64,000 nucleotides of DNA from Gemmatimonadaceae bacterium (GTDB lineage Bacteria; Gemmatimonadota; Gemmatimonadetes; Gemmatimonadales; Gemmatimonadaceae). Under the pieces are notes generated by a model. That model was given only the letters and a program-made list of their open reading frames with translations, ran no database searches and was not told where the DNA came from. Position 1 is the first letter of the stretch. Each line of letters opens with the position of its first letter. The stretch spans positions 768,001-832,000 of the forward strand of contig JBHYGA010000004.1 of the NCBI GenBank assembly GCA_051859245.1. Direction: 5' to 3'. This document shows, piece by piece, positions 17,705 through 28,007 of this stretch. The position numbers and the translations under genes were made by a program.

Positions 17705-20700
17705 GGCTTGTCTCCGGGTGATGCACCAGGTGTAATGGTGCGTGGCTGTCCGGCATCGCGGAGCCTGGCAATGGCGGTGCGCGCTTCCCGTAGCTCTGCG
17801 TGCAGTGCCGGATCTGCACCTTCCCACGCGGCCGCGAACTTTTCATACGCCGCGATCGCGCGCGGCTTGTCGTTCAGCTGTTCGTACACGCGTGCTCGTG
17901 CAAGGAAGCTGCGTGTGTAGAGCGCTGGTCCTGTTTCAACGAAGGCAAGCTGAAAGGTGCGTGGATCTATTGCTTCGTACGTTGCCGCCGCGCCGCGTAA
18001 ATCGCCCAGCCGAGCGCGCACATCGGCCTGCGTCAGCACACGAAGCCCACCCATGGAGAGTGCGACGCCGCGCAGCGAATCGGGCGCGCGAAACTGCGCG
18101 GCAATTTTCCGTGCCGTTGCGGTATCACCACGGTCAAGCGCGAGCCGCGCTTCGATCTCGGTCAGTGGACGCTTGGATTCTGACGCCCAGCGCAATGCGG
18201 TGCGTGCCAATGCCGTATCGCCGCTCGCCAGATATGCAGCGTATGGAATGCTGAGCGTCTGGCTGCGCACCTGCGCGCCGCCACCAGACTGAATACCATC
18301 GAGCGCTTTCACGCCTTCGCGTATTTGCTGCAACAACGCGGGTGTGGGATTCGCTCCAGCACCGAGGCGAACGCCAGCCGAAAACCACGCCGCGGTACTT
18401 TTCGTTGGTGTGTTCGTGAGCGGCATCGTGACTTCCGCCTCGCTTGCGATTGCTGCGAGCGAGTCAAGCAGCCCTACGGCACCGGTTGCGCCGGCCATCG
18501 TCATGCCACTGAGTGGAAAGAGCACGCCGGGCGCGGTGGTGCGTACACCAAGTGATTCCGGAGGGAAACCCGACATTGCGGCGCGCAGCGCGGCACGCGC
18601 TTCAGGAAATTGATCACTAAACGCGTACACGAACGGAAGCCTGTACGCCAACGCGGCAGAATACACCGCAGGACGCGACTGCGCGCGCTGGATGGTGGAA
18701 ATGACCGAGTCGTATTGCTGTGAGGCGATGAAGGCGTTGGCGAGTGCATCCCACGCTTGCGCAGCGTCCGCGTCTTGCCGAACCCATCCGCGGGCAAATG
18801 TCAGCGCGCGTCGTTGCGCGTCGTTGAGCAGTGTGCGACGACGTGCGCTGTCTGGCACCGAACTCGCCAACAGCATGGAGTCGCCGACAATCAGCACGCC
18901 GAACTGCTCGGTCAGGCCGTAGTTATAAATGCCCAGCAGATGCGAGTACGCCAGATGAAATGTAGAATCGAGCGCGATCGCGCGTTCAAAGCCGCGCATC
19001 GCACGCGTGTACCTGGTGACAATCGAATCGGGAGGCACGACGCCGCCATTGGCGACGGAGTGAAACTCGGCATCGGCCAGGCCATACCAGACCTCGGCGT
19101 CTGTTGAATCAGTAGCCAGCAAGGCCTGCAACCGATCACGCGCGTTGGTCCAGCTGCGCAGTGCACCGGCCGCGTCGCCCTTGCCAGACGCGGTAAAGCC
19201 CATCACCAGATCATGATGCGCCAACACCAGCTCACGCTGGCGCGGCGAAAGCCGCGACGCGTAGGCAACGGCCTGGGTCGATGACTGCTCGTAGAGAGAA
19301 TCGAGCGCACCTTTCCAGCCAAGTCCGAGCGAACGTTTGTAATGCGCGAGTGCAAACGTGGAATCAATGCGAGTCGCCTCGGCAAAGAGCGAGTCGGCGG
19401 CATCAAGTCGCCAGCGGTTGAGCGCACTCGACCCTTCGAGATACAGACGATACGCCAAAACGGATTCTGTGGTCTGCTTGGCCAACTCCATTGAGAGTGC
19501 CGGTCCGCCGGCCAGATCCAGCAGTTCGCGCGCAATGCGTTCAAAGAGCACGCGCGGATCGCCACCGATCGGTGCACCGGCGGTGGCATCGTCAATCTTG
19601 TTACCACTGGCCACGTCATAGCGACGCGCCACGACAAACAACGAATCGTTGGCGGTCGTGATCTGTCCCATGATGACCGTGCCCGCCGACGCGCGTCGTG
19701 CAATCTGCCGCGCGTCCTCAAGGCCAACACGACGCGACTCATCGTTGGACGCGTTCTTGAGCAGATCGAGCGTACGCTCGTAGTCAACCACGCTCAGATC
19801 GTTCCACTGCGACAGCGTGAGCCCAAGCATGTTGACGGCGCCTTCACGCAACCAATCGAGCGACGCGTTGCCCGTTTGCAGTTCGAACGGTGCCACGAGC
19901 CACGTTTGCTGATTGCTCGGCGCAGATTCTCCACCACCTGACAACAATGGAATGCTGCCAAGTGCAACCACACCGATACCCGCGGCGATCGCCAACCAGC
20001 GCTTGTTCGAACGCTTCGGCGCTTTTGCATTGCCCACGCGTCGTGCGCCAGACACCACGCGCTTGCCCGACGTCGTGGCCAACTCGTCTTCGTCCAACCC
20101 TTCAAGGGCCGCAGCCATCGCTCGACCGCGCGGTGCGCGCTCGTCGGGTTTTTTGCGCAGCGCTCGCGCAATCACCGCGTCGAGTTCGTCCGGCACATCG
20201 GTAGACAGCGTGCGCAGCGGCGTGGGTTCTTCGGTGAGATGCTTCACCAGGATCGTGGCCGCCGACTCGGCTTCGATCACCGGTCGTCCGGCCAGCATCT
20301 CGTACGCCACCAAGCCGAGCGAGTACAGATCGCTGCGACCGTCAATCGTGGGTTCGCCAGACGCCTGTTCAGGACTCATGTAACGCGGTGAGCCGAGCAC
20401 AAAGCCGGCGCCGGTGAGCCCCGCATCCGCGCTGGAAAGCGCGCGCACCACACCGAAATCGGTGAGCATCGCGCGTCCCGTCTCGCGGTCGAGCAGAATG
20501 TTCTCGGGCTTCACGTCACGGTGCACCACGCCCGCCGCGTGCGCGTCGTCGAGTGCCATGGCCAGATCATGCGTGATCGCCATGACCTCAGCGGATGGAA
20601 TGCGCTGCTCGCGTTGCAACCGGTCGCGGAGACTTTCGCCCGGGACGTACTCCATGGCAAACCAGAGTAGCCCGTCGGATTCGCCCGCCGCGTACACCGA

Positions 20701-20943
20701 CACAATGTTCGGATGTCGCAGGCGTGCGACGGTGCGCGCTTCGAGCAGAAAGCGCTGCCGCACCTCGGGGCTCGCGGCCATTTCCGGCGACACGACCTTG
20801 ACGGCCACCGGCCGGTCGAGCGTGACATCGCGGGCTAGAAATACGGTGCCCATGCCCCCCTGTCCCAACAGCCGTTCCACGACGTACTGTCCGGCGAGTG
20901 CCCGGGCGAGTCGTTCTTGCAGGTCGGGCGGTGGTGCGTTCAT
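17701..20943 (-). CDS. Hanks-type Ser/Thr protein kinase with TM helix and TolB-like/TPR-like C-terminal region
   Basis: LGQGGMG, VAVK, HRDVKPEN, DFG, GSPRYMSPEQ; TM WLAIAAGIGVVALG; helical repeats. Confidence 0.95.
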   Translation of the reverse strand: MNAPPPDLQERLARALAGQYVVERLLGQGGMGTVFLARDVTLDRPVAVKVVSPEMAASPEVRQRFLLEARTVARLRHPNIVSVYAAGESDGLLWFAMEYVPGESLRDRLQREQRIPSAEVMAITHDLAMALDDAHAAGVVHRDVKPENILLDRETGRAMLTDFGVVRALSSADAGLTGAGFVLGSPRYMSPEQASGEPTIDGRSDLYSLGLVAYEMLAGRPVIEAESAATILVKHLTEEPTPLRTLSTDVPDELDAVIARALRKKPDERAPRGRAMAAALEGLDEDELATTSGKRVVSGARRVGNAKAPKRSNKRWLAIAAGIGVVALGSIPLLSGGGESAPSNQQTWLVAPFELQTGNASLDWLREGAVNMLGLTLSQWNDLSVVDYERTLDLLKNASNDESRRVGLEDARQIARRASAGTVIMGQITTANDSLFVVARRYDVASGNKIDDATAGAPIGGDPRVLFERIARELLDLAGGPALSMELAKQTTESVLAYRLYLEGSSALNRWRLDAADSLFAEATRIDSTFALAHYKRSLGLGWKGALDSLYEQSSTQAVAYASRLSPRQRELVLAHHDLVMGFTASGKGDAAGALRSWTNARDRLQALLATDSTDAEVWYGLADAEFHSVANGGVVPPDSIVTRYTRAMRGFERAIALDSTFHLAYSHLLGIYNYGLTEQFGVLIVGDSMLLASSVPDSARRRTLLNDAQRRALTFARGWVRQDADAAQAWDALANAFIASQQYDSVISTIQRAQSRPAVYSAALAYRLPFVYAFSDQFPEARAALRAAMSGFPPESLGVRTTAPGVLFPLSGMTMAGATGAVGLLDSLAAIASEAEVTMPLTNTPTKSTAAWFSAGVRLGAGANPTPALLQQIREGVKALDGIQSGGGAQVRSQTLSIPYAAYLASGDTALARTALRWASESKRPLTEIEARLALDRGDTATARKIAAQFRAPDSLRGVALSMGGLRVLTQADVRARLGDLRGAAATYEAIDPRTFQLAFVETGPALYTRSFLARARVYEQLNDKPRAIAAYEKFAAAWEGADPALHAELREARTAIARLRDAGQPRTITPGASPGDKP

Positions 20944-21159
20944 TTGGCGGGAGCGGGGGCAGGGGCGGGAGCGTGCGGGTCGCTTACACTACGATCATAC
21001 TTCGCCCGCTGTGTCGCAACGCCGTCACAGATTCACGGGTACCATGAGGTACGGCCGTATGCGGCGATAGGTTGCCAGTCGGAACGATGTTCGTGTTGGG
21101 AAACCCGTGTGGTACCCGGCACCTCACCGATTGTTTGACTCTTCCATTGGCTCTCTGCA

Positions 21160-22305
21160 ATGCTGCTCGCGAGACAAATCGCTGTGCGTGGACGCTGGTC
21201 CGTTTCCAACCGTGCCCGGTTGCTGGTCAGGCTGTCGGCGATGCTGCCGCTTCTTGCGATGCTGTTCCTTGAGGGGTGCCGCGTGAGCTATCGACCGTCG
21301 TTTCCTGCGCCGACCAACTCGGCGGCCGCATCGTCTTCCGGGGCATCTTCGGCTGCGGTTGCCAATGATCCGTCGCCGCTGCTGATCGCCCACCGCGGCG
21401 CGAGCGGACACCGTCCCGAGCATACGCTGGAGGCGTACACGCTCGCCGTGCACATGGGGGCGGATTACATTGAGCCGGATCTTGTGAGAACGAAGGACGG
21501 CGTGCTGGTCGCGCGACACGAGAATGAGATTGGCAGCACCACCGACGTCGCCACCAGGTTTCCCGACCGCAAGACAACAAAAGTGGTGGACGGTGACTCG
21601 ATCACCGGATGGTTTACCGAAGACTTCACGCTGAGTGAACTGCGATCGCTGCGTGCGCGCGAGCGGCTCGAGTTTCGCGATCAGTCATACAACGGCCAGT
21701 TCGGCATTCCCACGTTTGACGAAGTGCTCGCGCTCGCCGATTCGCTTGGTCAGGCACGCGGACGTGTGGTAGGCGTGTATCCGGAAACCAAACACCCCAC
21801 CTACTTTCGCTCGATCGGCTTGCCGCTGGAGGAGCCGTTGATCGCCGCACTTGATCGTGCGGGCTGGAATCGCGCCGATGCACCGGTGTTCATTCAGTCG
21901 TTCGAAGTGCAAAACCTGCGCGCGCTCAAGACCAAAACGCCCGTGCGCTTGATTCAGCTCATCGCCGGCGGCAACCCGGGTGATCGTACGGCCACCAATG
22001 GCGTGCCCACGTACGCCGAAATGATCACTGCGGATGGACTGCGCGAGGTTGCCAGGTACGCCTACGGCATTGGTCCCGAAAAGCGAATGGTCTTACCGCT
22101 CGCGTCAGGTGAGACCACGCTCGTGCGCGACGCACACGCGGCTGGTCTCAAGGTGCACATCTGGACGCTGCGTCAGGAAAAGGTGTTCATTGGTGAGCGT
22201 TTTGCTGGAGACATCGCTGCTGAAGCAAAAGCGTTTGTCGCGGCTGGTGTGGACGGGGTGTTTGCGGATCATCCGGAAGCGGTGGCGCGGGCGATCCGGC
22301 CGTAA
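21160..22305 (+). CDS. Glycerophosphodiester phosphodiesterase (start may be 21241)
   Basis: IAHRGASG.RPEHTL, IEPDLV.TKDG, YPETKHP, FIQSFE, DGVFAD. Confidence 0.93.
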   Translation: MLLARQIAVRGRWSVSNRARLLVRLSAMLPLLAMLFLEGCRVSYRPSFPAPTNSAAASSSGASSAAVANDPSPLLIAHRGASGHRPEHTLEAYTLAVHMGADYIEPDLVRTKDGVLVARHENEIGSTTDVATRFPDRKTTKVVDGDSITGWFTEDFTLSELRSLRARERLEFRDQSYNGQFGIPTFDEVLALADSLGQARGRVVGVYPETKHPTYFRSIGLPLEEPLIAALDRAGWNRADAPVFIQSFEVQNLRALKTKTPVRLIQLIAGGNPGDRTATNGVPTYAEMITADGLREVARYAYGIGPEKRMVLPLASGETTLVRDAHAAGLKVHIWTLRQEKVFIGERFAGDIAAEAKAFVAAGVDGVFADHPEAVARAIRP

Positions 22306-22409
22306 GCGGTCCTCCTACGTCATTACTACGACACCTGACCTATTTGGCCACACGACCACGCATTGCTTCGTAGAGATGAACGCGCCACTGGCGCCCAACC
22401 CCTCGATCA

Positions 22410-23495
22410 ATGCGACGCTCTTTCCTCCCGATTGTCCTGCTGCTGCTTGCCTCGCGAACGGTCTCGGCCCAGCCGGCTGCACGTGACGAAGTAACAACCA
22501 AACAGCGCATCGTCGTGCTGCCCGTCCTGGGCGCTGCGCCCGAAACCGGCGCCCAGTTTGGTGTCGCCCTCTTCGTGACCCGTCACCACGCCGACAGCAG
22601 CACGCGCCCGTCGTCTTTGGTTGGCAACGCCATTCGCACCGCGAAATCACAGACGCGCGTGTTCATGGACATCGACAAGTGGACCACCGGCAACCGCTGG
22701 CGGTTTCTTGTGAACACCAGCTGGCAGCAGTTCCCGCTGCTCTACTACGGCGTCAGCGACAGCGCGCCGGATTCGGCCGAAGAAGCCTACACACCACGCG
22801 GCACTGAGCTCGCGCTTACGGTGCAGCGACTGATTGCGCCGTCGATCTGGATACAGGCCGGTGCGCGTCGCATCGAACAGGAGATTGTGCGCACCGATCC
22901 GGGTTTGGTGCTCGAGAGTGGCACCGTGCTGGGCTCTTCGGGCGGTCGCACGGTGCTTGGCAGCGCGGGTCTGGTGGCCGACACCCGGGATAATCTGTTC
23001 GCACCTACTGGCGGTCATTTCGTGGAGCTCACGGGCAGTGTGGCGAATAAGGCGATCGGATCCGAGTTCGATTTCCAGCGCGTTCGCCTCGACGCACGTG
23101 CGTACCGGTCGATCCGGTCGAGTCACGTGGTTGCGGCACAGCTGCTGGTGCAGGGCACGGCCGGCGAGCCGCCGTTCGATCAGCTCGCACTCATCGGAAG
23201 CAGCAGCGCGATGCGCGGGTATGCAGCCGGTCGCTATCGGGATCGTTGGATGACGGCGGCGCAGGCGGAGTATCGCTCGCCCACCGTGCGCAAGTTTGGT
23301 GCGGCCGTTTTTGGTGGTGGCGCCGTGATCGCGTCGTCAGCGAGTGATCTTTCGTCGGGCGAGATGCTGCCAACGTTTGGAGCGGGACTTCGCTATCGCC
23401 TGGATGCCGCGACTCGGTCAACCGTACGTGTGGACTACGCGTTTGGTCGCTCGGGGCAGAGTGGGTTGTACGTGGCGTTTAGTGAGGCGTTCTGA
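22410..23495 (+). CDS. BamA/TamA (Omp85 surface antigen) family beta-barrel without POTRA domains
   Basis: LPV....PETG, DTRDN, MRGY..GRYRD, GAGLRY, C-terminal aromatic EAF. Confidence 0.85.
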   Translation: MRRSFLPIVLLLLASRTVSAQPAARDEVTTKQRIVVLPVLGAAPETGAQFGVALFVTRHHADSSTRPSSLVGNAIRTAKSQTRVFMDIDKWTTGNRWRFLVNTSWQQFPLLYYGVSDSAPDSAEEAYTPRGTELALTVQRLIAPSIWIQAGARRIEQEIVRTDPGLVLESGTVLGSSGGRTVLGSAGLVADTRDNLFAPTGGHFVELTGSVANKAIGSEFDFQRVRLDARAYRSIRSSHVVAAQLLVQGTAGEPPFDQLALIGSSSAMRGYAAGRYRDRWMTAAQAEYRSPTVRKFGAAVFGGGAVIASSASDLSSGEMLPTFGAGLRYRLDAATRSTVRVDYAFGRSGQSGLYVAFSEAF

Positions 23496-23599
23496 GCTAG
23501 CGCCTGGGGCTCCGAGTCGGGGACTGACGAAGAAAACTTTGGGCGTCTCGTGGGTATTGGAGGAGCCTTTGCTTCGTCTCACGCCGAAAGGAGTCCATA

Positions 23600-24820
23600 G
23601 TGATTTGTGCGAGTATAGCGCGAACTGGCGTTCATCTCGGAGTTCTAACAATCGCGTTGGCGTGGCCGACGGCGTCTGAAGCACAAGCCAACACCGCTAC
23701 TACGGAGGGGCCGAGGTCGCAGCGCGAGTGTACTCGTGCCCGTGCGCGTGTTTGGCAGGCGGGTGAGGTATGGCGCGTGCCAGCAACAACTCCCGCGTGC
23801 ACGTTCGACGTGGTCGAGTCTAGCGTTGTGCTCATTCCCGATGGACAGTCGGTGGGAGATGTTGGACAACGTGTGGTGCGAGACCCATCAGGCCGATTCA
23901 TCACGAGCGAACGCTCCGGAATAGTGACGGTCTGGGCGGCAACTGGTCGACGGGAGCGCTCGTTTGGGCGCGGTGGCCAAGGACCGGGAGAGTTTACGCC
24001 AGGTCCGCTCAACATTGCTCCAGTGCGCGGCGGTGGTCTCTACATTTTTGACAACGCCGGGCGCTGGCATTTGTTCGATGCGCAGTACCGTCATCAGCGC
24101 ACTGCGCAGTTCACAGCATTCAAAGCGCCAGAAGAAACAGCTGTGCTTGACGACGGCCAGGTTCTTGACGCATCAGGACGGGAGTCCGAAGCGCAGTTTT
24201 TCGCCGTGATGAGCGCAATGCGAGCAACAGAGAAGACGCGCCCCCAAGTACTCAGAAGGTTTGGCAATGTTTCGCCGGCCGAGTTGCAGTTCGCGAATAC
24301 GGACCGCGCTCGTCGGATCGCATATTCGACCGGCGACCGATTCTGGGCGGGACCGCCCGCTGCTACAGGCCGTGGCTACGTGCTCGAGCAGTGGCATGTG
24401 AACGGAACGCTCCTTCGTACGCTGCAACGCTCGGTGCCATGGTATCCGGAGGGCGCTGATCGAGCGCGCCCTGGAAGAGAACCGTCTGTTCCGCCGCACG
24501 AGATTGAGTCGCTCTGGGACCTGGGCGATGATCTGTTGATGGTGATTCTGCTCGCACCCAACGCGCAAGAGTGGTCGCGCTCATCTGGTCGTGCGCCTGA
24601 TGCCGCGACGCGCGACCGCATGATTGACATCTGGGTTGAAGTGCTTGACACGCGATCGGGCAACGTGCTGGCACAGCGCGGGCCACTGAAATACAGCGAA
24701 GCACAGCGCACGCTTCCGACGGGAATCTTTCACGGCAGTGCATCTGGCTTTCGCCTCGAACTCAATGCCGACGACGAGCGGATCGCGCGCATCGTGAGCT
24801 TGAAGCTCAAGAACAAATGA
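23600..24820 (+). CDS. Secreted 6-bladed beta-propeller-like protein
   Basis: Signal-like N-terminus; FGRGGQGPGEF motif. Confidence 0.72.
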   Translation: MICASIARTGVHLGVLTIALAWPTASEAQANTATTEGPRSQRECTRARARVWQAGEVWRVPATTPACTFDVVESSVVLIPDGQSVGDVGQRVVRDPSGRFITSERSGIVTVWAATGRRERSFGRGGQGPGEFTPGPLNIAPVRGGGLYIFDNAGRWHLFDAQYRHQRTAQFTAFKAPEETAVLDDGQVLDASGRESEAQFFAVMSAMRATEKTRPQVLRRFGNVSPAELQFANTDRARRIAYSTGDRFWAGPPAATGRGYVLEQWHVNGTLLRTLQRSVPWYPEGADRARPGREPSVPPHEIESLWDLGDDLLMVILLAPNAQEWSRSSGRAPDAATRDRMIDIWVEVLDTRSGNVLAQRGPLKYSEAQRTLPTGIFHGSASGFRLELNADDERIARIVSLKLKNK

Positions 24821-26052
24821 CACACGTCGTACGTGAACGGCGATTCTGCCGCGTGCCATCGCGATCGGCGATGGCTCTTGCAACGGCCATTTTACTCACG
24901 ACGGCAAGCAGTGTGCTGTCCGCTCAGTCAACTGCATTTCGCAAACTCGGTGCGAGCGTTTCCTCTGCGCGCCTGATTGTCAAAGCTGAGCTCGAAGCTG
25001 ATGCCCGACTGGCGCTCGGCTGGCGGTCATTGTTCGCTGCAGCGCTGAGTGATCGTGGCGAGGTCGCCGTAGCGATGCATCTGAAACCAGGATCGCTCGT
25101 CGCGCTGTACGCCGAGGACGGCTCATCTCGCTGGTCCGTACCAGTGCCCAACGCTCGCGTTGAATCGGTCGCCATTGTTGGTGATACGGTCGGATACGTG
25201 GAGCGATTCGAGGACCTGAACTTTCTGGTTCTACTCTCCAGGCAAGATGGCATGGAGTTGGACCGGCGACCCATCTCGCTTTCGGGGTTCGAACAGTCGC
25301 GCCTTCTCGGCGCATTCAAGGGCGATTGGTACGCGCAAGTGTCTGAGCTGGCGGGCGAGTACAAGGCCGCACGACTGCCGTTTCGTACAGTTCGGCGGTT
25401 CGATGCGTCGTCTCGGTCGTGGAGCGACGTTGTCACTCGCGAAGATTCGTCGCCACGTGCGATCGCACCCAATGGTGCCGATGCGCTCCCGCCGCCGTTC
25501 GCACCGTCACCTCGATTTGCGTTGAGCGAAACGAAAGGTTTGTTCTTCGCCGCAGGAAACGGTTGGGACGTCGAGTCGGTCAGTACGAACGGAACATTCA
25601 CAACGCATCTGCGACTGCAAGCAATCGCACGCGGGCTTTCGGAAAGTGAATGGCAAAAGGCGGTTGCGGACTGGACGGCGAATCCACCGCTGGTGATGTA
25701 CGGATATACCAAAGACCTGTACACAGCGGCCGCAACGTTGGGTCGCGGAGCTTCCGGAAGAACAATCAGCACTCTGTTTGCGAATTCGCGCGGCGACTTG
25801 CTTGTGCGCCGAAGAGATGCCGACTTCTTTTCCTCATCGACGCCGATCGCCTCCGTTTGGGACATGATTTCGGTGGAATCGGATACACTGTATCGAATCC
25901 AGCTTGAGTCCGACGAATCGATCGTTGCCTTCGCGGCACCTCGCAGCCTCTTGGTGCGAAAGCTGAGCGCCAAGGGTCCAGCGAACATGCGCATCGTGGA
26001 ACTGAACGCAGAGTCGCTACCTAAACCGGTACCATCTCCCCCTCGTCGCTAG
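24817..26052 (+). CDS. Secreted hypothetical protein, probable divergent beta-propeller
   Basis: ATGA overlap with upstream gene; signal peptide ..VLSAQ; PPPFAP and LFANSRGDLLVRR segments. Confidence 0.62.
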   Translation: MTHVVRERRFCRVPSRSAMALATAILLTTASSVLSAQSTAFRKLGASVSSARLIVKAELEADARLALGWRSLFAAALSDRGEVAVAMHLKPGSLVALYAEDGSSRWSVPVPNARVESVAIVGDTVGYVERFEDLNFLVLLSRQDGMELDRRPISLSGFEQSRLLGAFKGDWYAQVSELAGEYKAARLPFRTVRRFDASSRSWSDVVTREDSSPRAIAPNGADALPPPFAPSPRFALSETKGLFFAAGNGWDVESVSTNGTFTTHLRLQAIARGLSESEWQKAVADWTANPPLVMYGYTKDLYTAAATLGRGASGRTISTLFANSRGDLLVRRRDADFFSSSTPIASVWDMISVESDTLYRIQLESDESIVAFAAPRSLLVRKLSAKGPANMRIVELNAESLPKPVPSPPRR

Positions 26053-26061
26053 TGCCGGGCG

Positions 26062-27987
26062 TCAGCGCCTGGGTCCCGTCCACAGCGCGACAATTCCACA
26101 CGAGCCTCGGTTGGTGAGCGGAATCAACTCGGCCGGTGCGTTTGCGGTTGATGCATACACCTCGATCGCCATGACCTCGTTGCCACTGACATATGCGTCG
26201 AGGCTATTCCCGTCCATGAGCTTGCCGTCAAGCAGCACCTGCATGCGACATCCTCCGCGTCCGAACACGCTGCTTCCGCGCACCGTCACGTAGCGTTTGC
26301 CGTACAGCGCTTGCGCAATGTTTGCCTGCGCGCGCAACTCCAACTCTTCAGGCGCAACGAACTCTCCAACTATTGCACCTCGGCGCACGCGCTCCATGCG
26401 ATCATAGAAGCCAGTGCGCGACAGCGCGGTGTTGCGTGGTGCCACCGCGCGCACTTCCGACAGCGTGGGGTTTGCGGGCGACAACGATATCAGAAACGGC
26501 GCGGAGCTTGATGCACGCACCACGGAACCTTGGTACGGCCGAAATCCGATGCGTTGCACGCGCACATCCACGTCGAGTCGATCTGTTCGCGCCAGCAGCA
26601 CACGCCCGAGTGAGTCCGTCGCGCGCGCGGCGCTGTTCCCCACGTACACAAGCGCGTAGGGAATGGGATTGTTGCTGGCATCCCTGACGAGCAGCATGGC
26701 GCCAGACGAAGGCACAGTGAACGCTGACGAATCTGCGGTCGGTAAAGCCGTGACGATTTCACGCGCCGTGGTATCGGGCACACTCAACACCAGAGCTGAT
26801 GTATCGCGAGTCGTGTCACCAGCGATGTCAGCAGCAGGTATCGGGTCCGCGACCGCCACATCTGCTGAATACTGCACCTCACTGTTCACTGCAATGCTCA
26901 TCACCTCGCCCGAAATGTGTTGCCACCCGAGCAGCACTCGCTGCTCGGTGATCACTCGATCCGGATTCACAATGCTTCGCGGTGCGACCTCCACGCGCTT
27001 GGCAACTTTCGGCATGCGAATTTCCCAGCGACTCACAAACCACGCGCCGCTACGCAGCGAGTCGAACGCCATCCAGCCGCCTGGGTTCGCTTTTCGTGTC
27101 ACGGCGTCCAGGCCGAGATAACTGAACTCCATCTGCTGCAACGCGTACGTGGTGCGATCTAGCCACAACGTGCCCTGCACCTCGTTGACCCCACGTCGCG
27201 TGCGCACGGGTCGGAAACTCACGCCAATCCACTCCGGTTGTTCGGCGTGATCGTTGGCCAACTGCAAGCAGTAGTTCGAAAGAAAGCGGTCGTCCACCAA
27301 CACGTGGGCGTCCGGCGCCCGGTACACGGTGCTTCCGTCGGACTGATTGACGACGTACCCGCCCGCGACCAGTGAGTCCACTGACACACTCTGAAACGCA
27401 CGCAGCGAGTCCGTGATTTCTTCGGTCACGCCGCGTAGCGAATCAACGCGTTCACCACGCGCGTTCCAGTGTTCCGAGACGAGACGATACCGCGACTGAG
27501 GACGCCCGTCGTCCGACACCAGCTCCGACGACAAGAGCGCGGTGCGCGCCTGGGTGAACAGCTGCGCAACCAACGCGGCACCATCGGTGCGCGTACGGCA
27601 GCGGTTATCTGTTTGTGCTCGGAACGTCGCGAGCGTAATGCGCGCGTCAGGAAGTGTGGCACTCAGATCTTGGCGCGCCCCCGCAGCAACTCGCAGCGCG
27701 CCGAGTGTGTACGGTTGATGCCCGATACGCAGCGCGCGTACGATGATGGAGTCGGTCGTGACCGCCAGTCGAAACGTGCCGCGTTGTCCCGTCACTGCGC
27801 GGGCAACGAGCGCACCATCGCTGGCTCGGTTCACCGTGACGACAACACCACCCGCCAGTCGCGCGTCAGGCTCCGCGCGCAGCGTACCAACGATTCCCTG
27901 TGCGTGCAGTGGCGCGGCAACGCACAAGGCGATCGCCACACTGCAGAAGAAGTGCGTTCGGCAGAGTCTGTGCGAAACGTTTACCAC
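26062..27987 (-). CDS. Secreted carboxypeptidase-regulatory-like domain protein with C-terminal TonB plug-like domain
   Basis: GGAGG RBS and GTG 27987; signal ..APLHAQ; LRIGHQP and QRIGFRP strands; tail GFYDR..C..LLDG..AIEVY..APAEL..CGIVALWT. Confidence 0.8.
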   Translation of the reverse strand: MVNVSHRLCRTHFFCSVAIALCVAAPLHAQGIVGTLRAEPDARLAGGVVVTVNRASDGALVARAVTGQRGTFRLAVTTDSIIVRALRIGHQPYTLGALRVAAGARQDLSATLPDARITLATFRAQTDNRCRTRTDGAALVAQLFTQARTALLSSELVSDDGRPQSRYRLVSEHWNARGERVDSLRGVTEEITDSLRAFQSVSVDSLVAGGYVVNQSDGSTVYRAPDAHVLVDDRFLSNYCLQLANDHAEQPEWIGVSFRPVRTRRGVNEVQGTLWLDRTTYALQQMEFSYLGLDAVTRKANPGGWMAFDSLRSGAWFVSRWEIRMPKVAKRVEVAPRSIVNPDRVITEQRVLLGWQHISGEVMSIAVNSEVQYSADVAVADPIPAADIAGDTTRDTSALVLSVPDTTAREIVTALPTADSSAFTVPSSGAMLLVRDASNNPIPYALVYVGNSAARATDSLGRVLLARTDRLDVDVRVQRIGFRPYQGSVVRASSSAPFLISLSPANPTLSEVRAVAPRNTALSRTGFYDRMERVRRGAIVGEFVAPEELELRAQANIAQALYGKRYVTVRGSSVFGRGGCRMQVLLDGKLMDGNSLDAYVSGNEVMAIEVYASTANAPAELIPLTNRGSCGIVALWTGPRR

Positions 27988-28007
27988 CGACGGCCCTCCA
28001 ATCGCTG

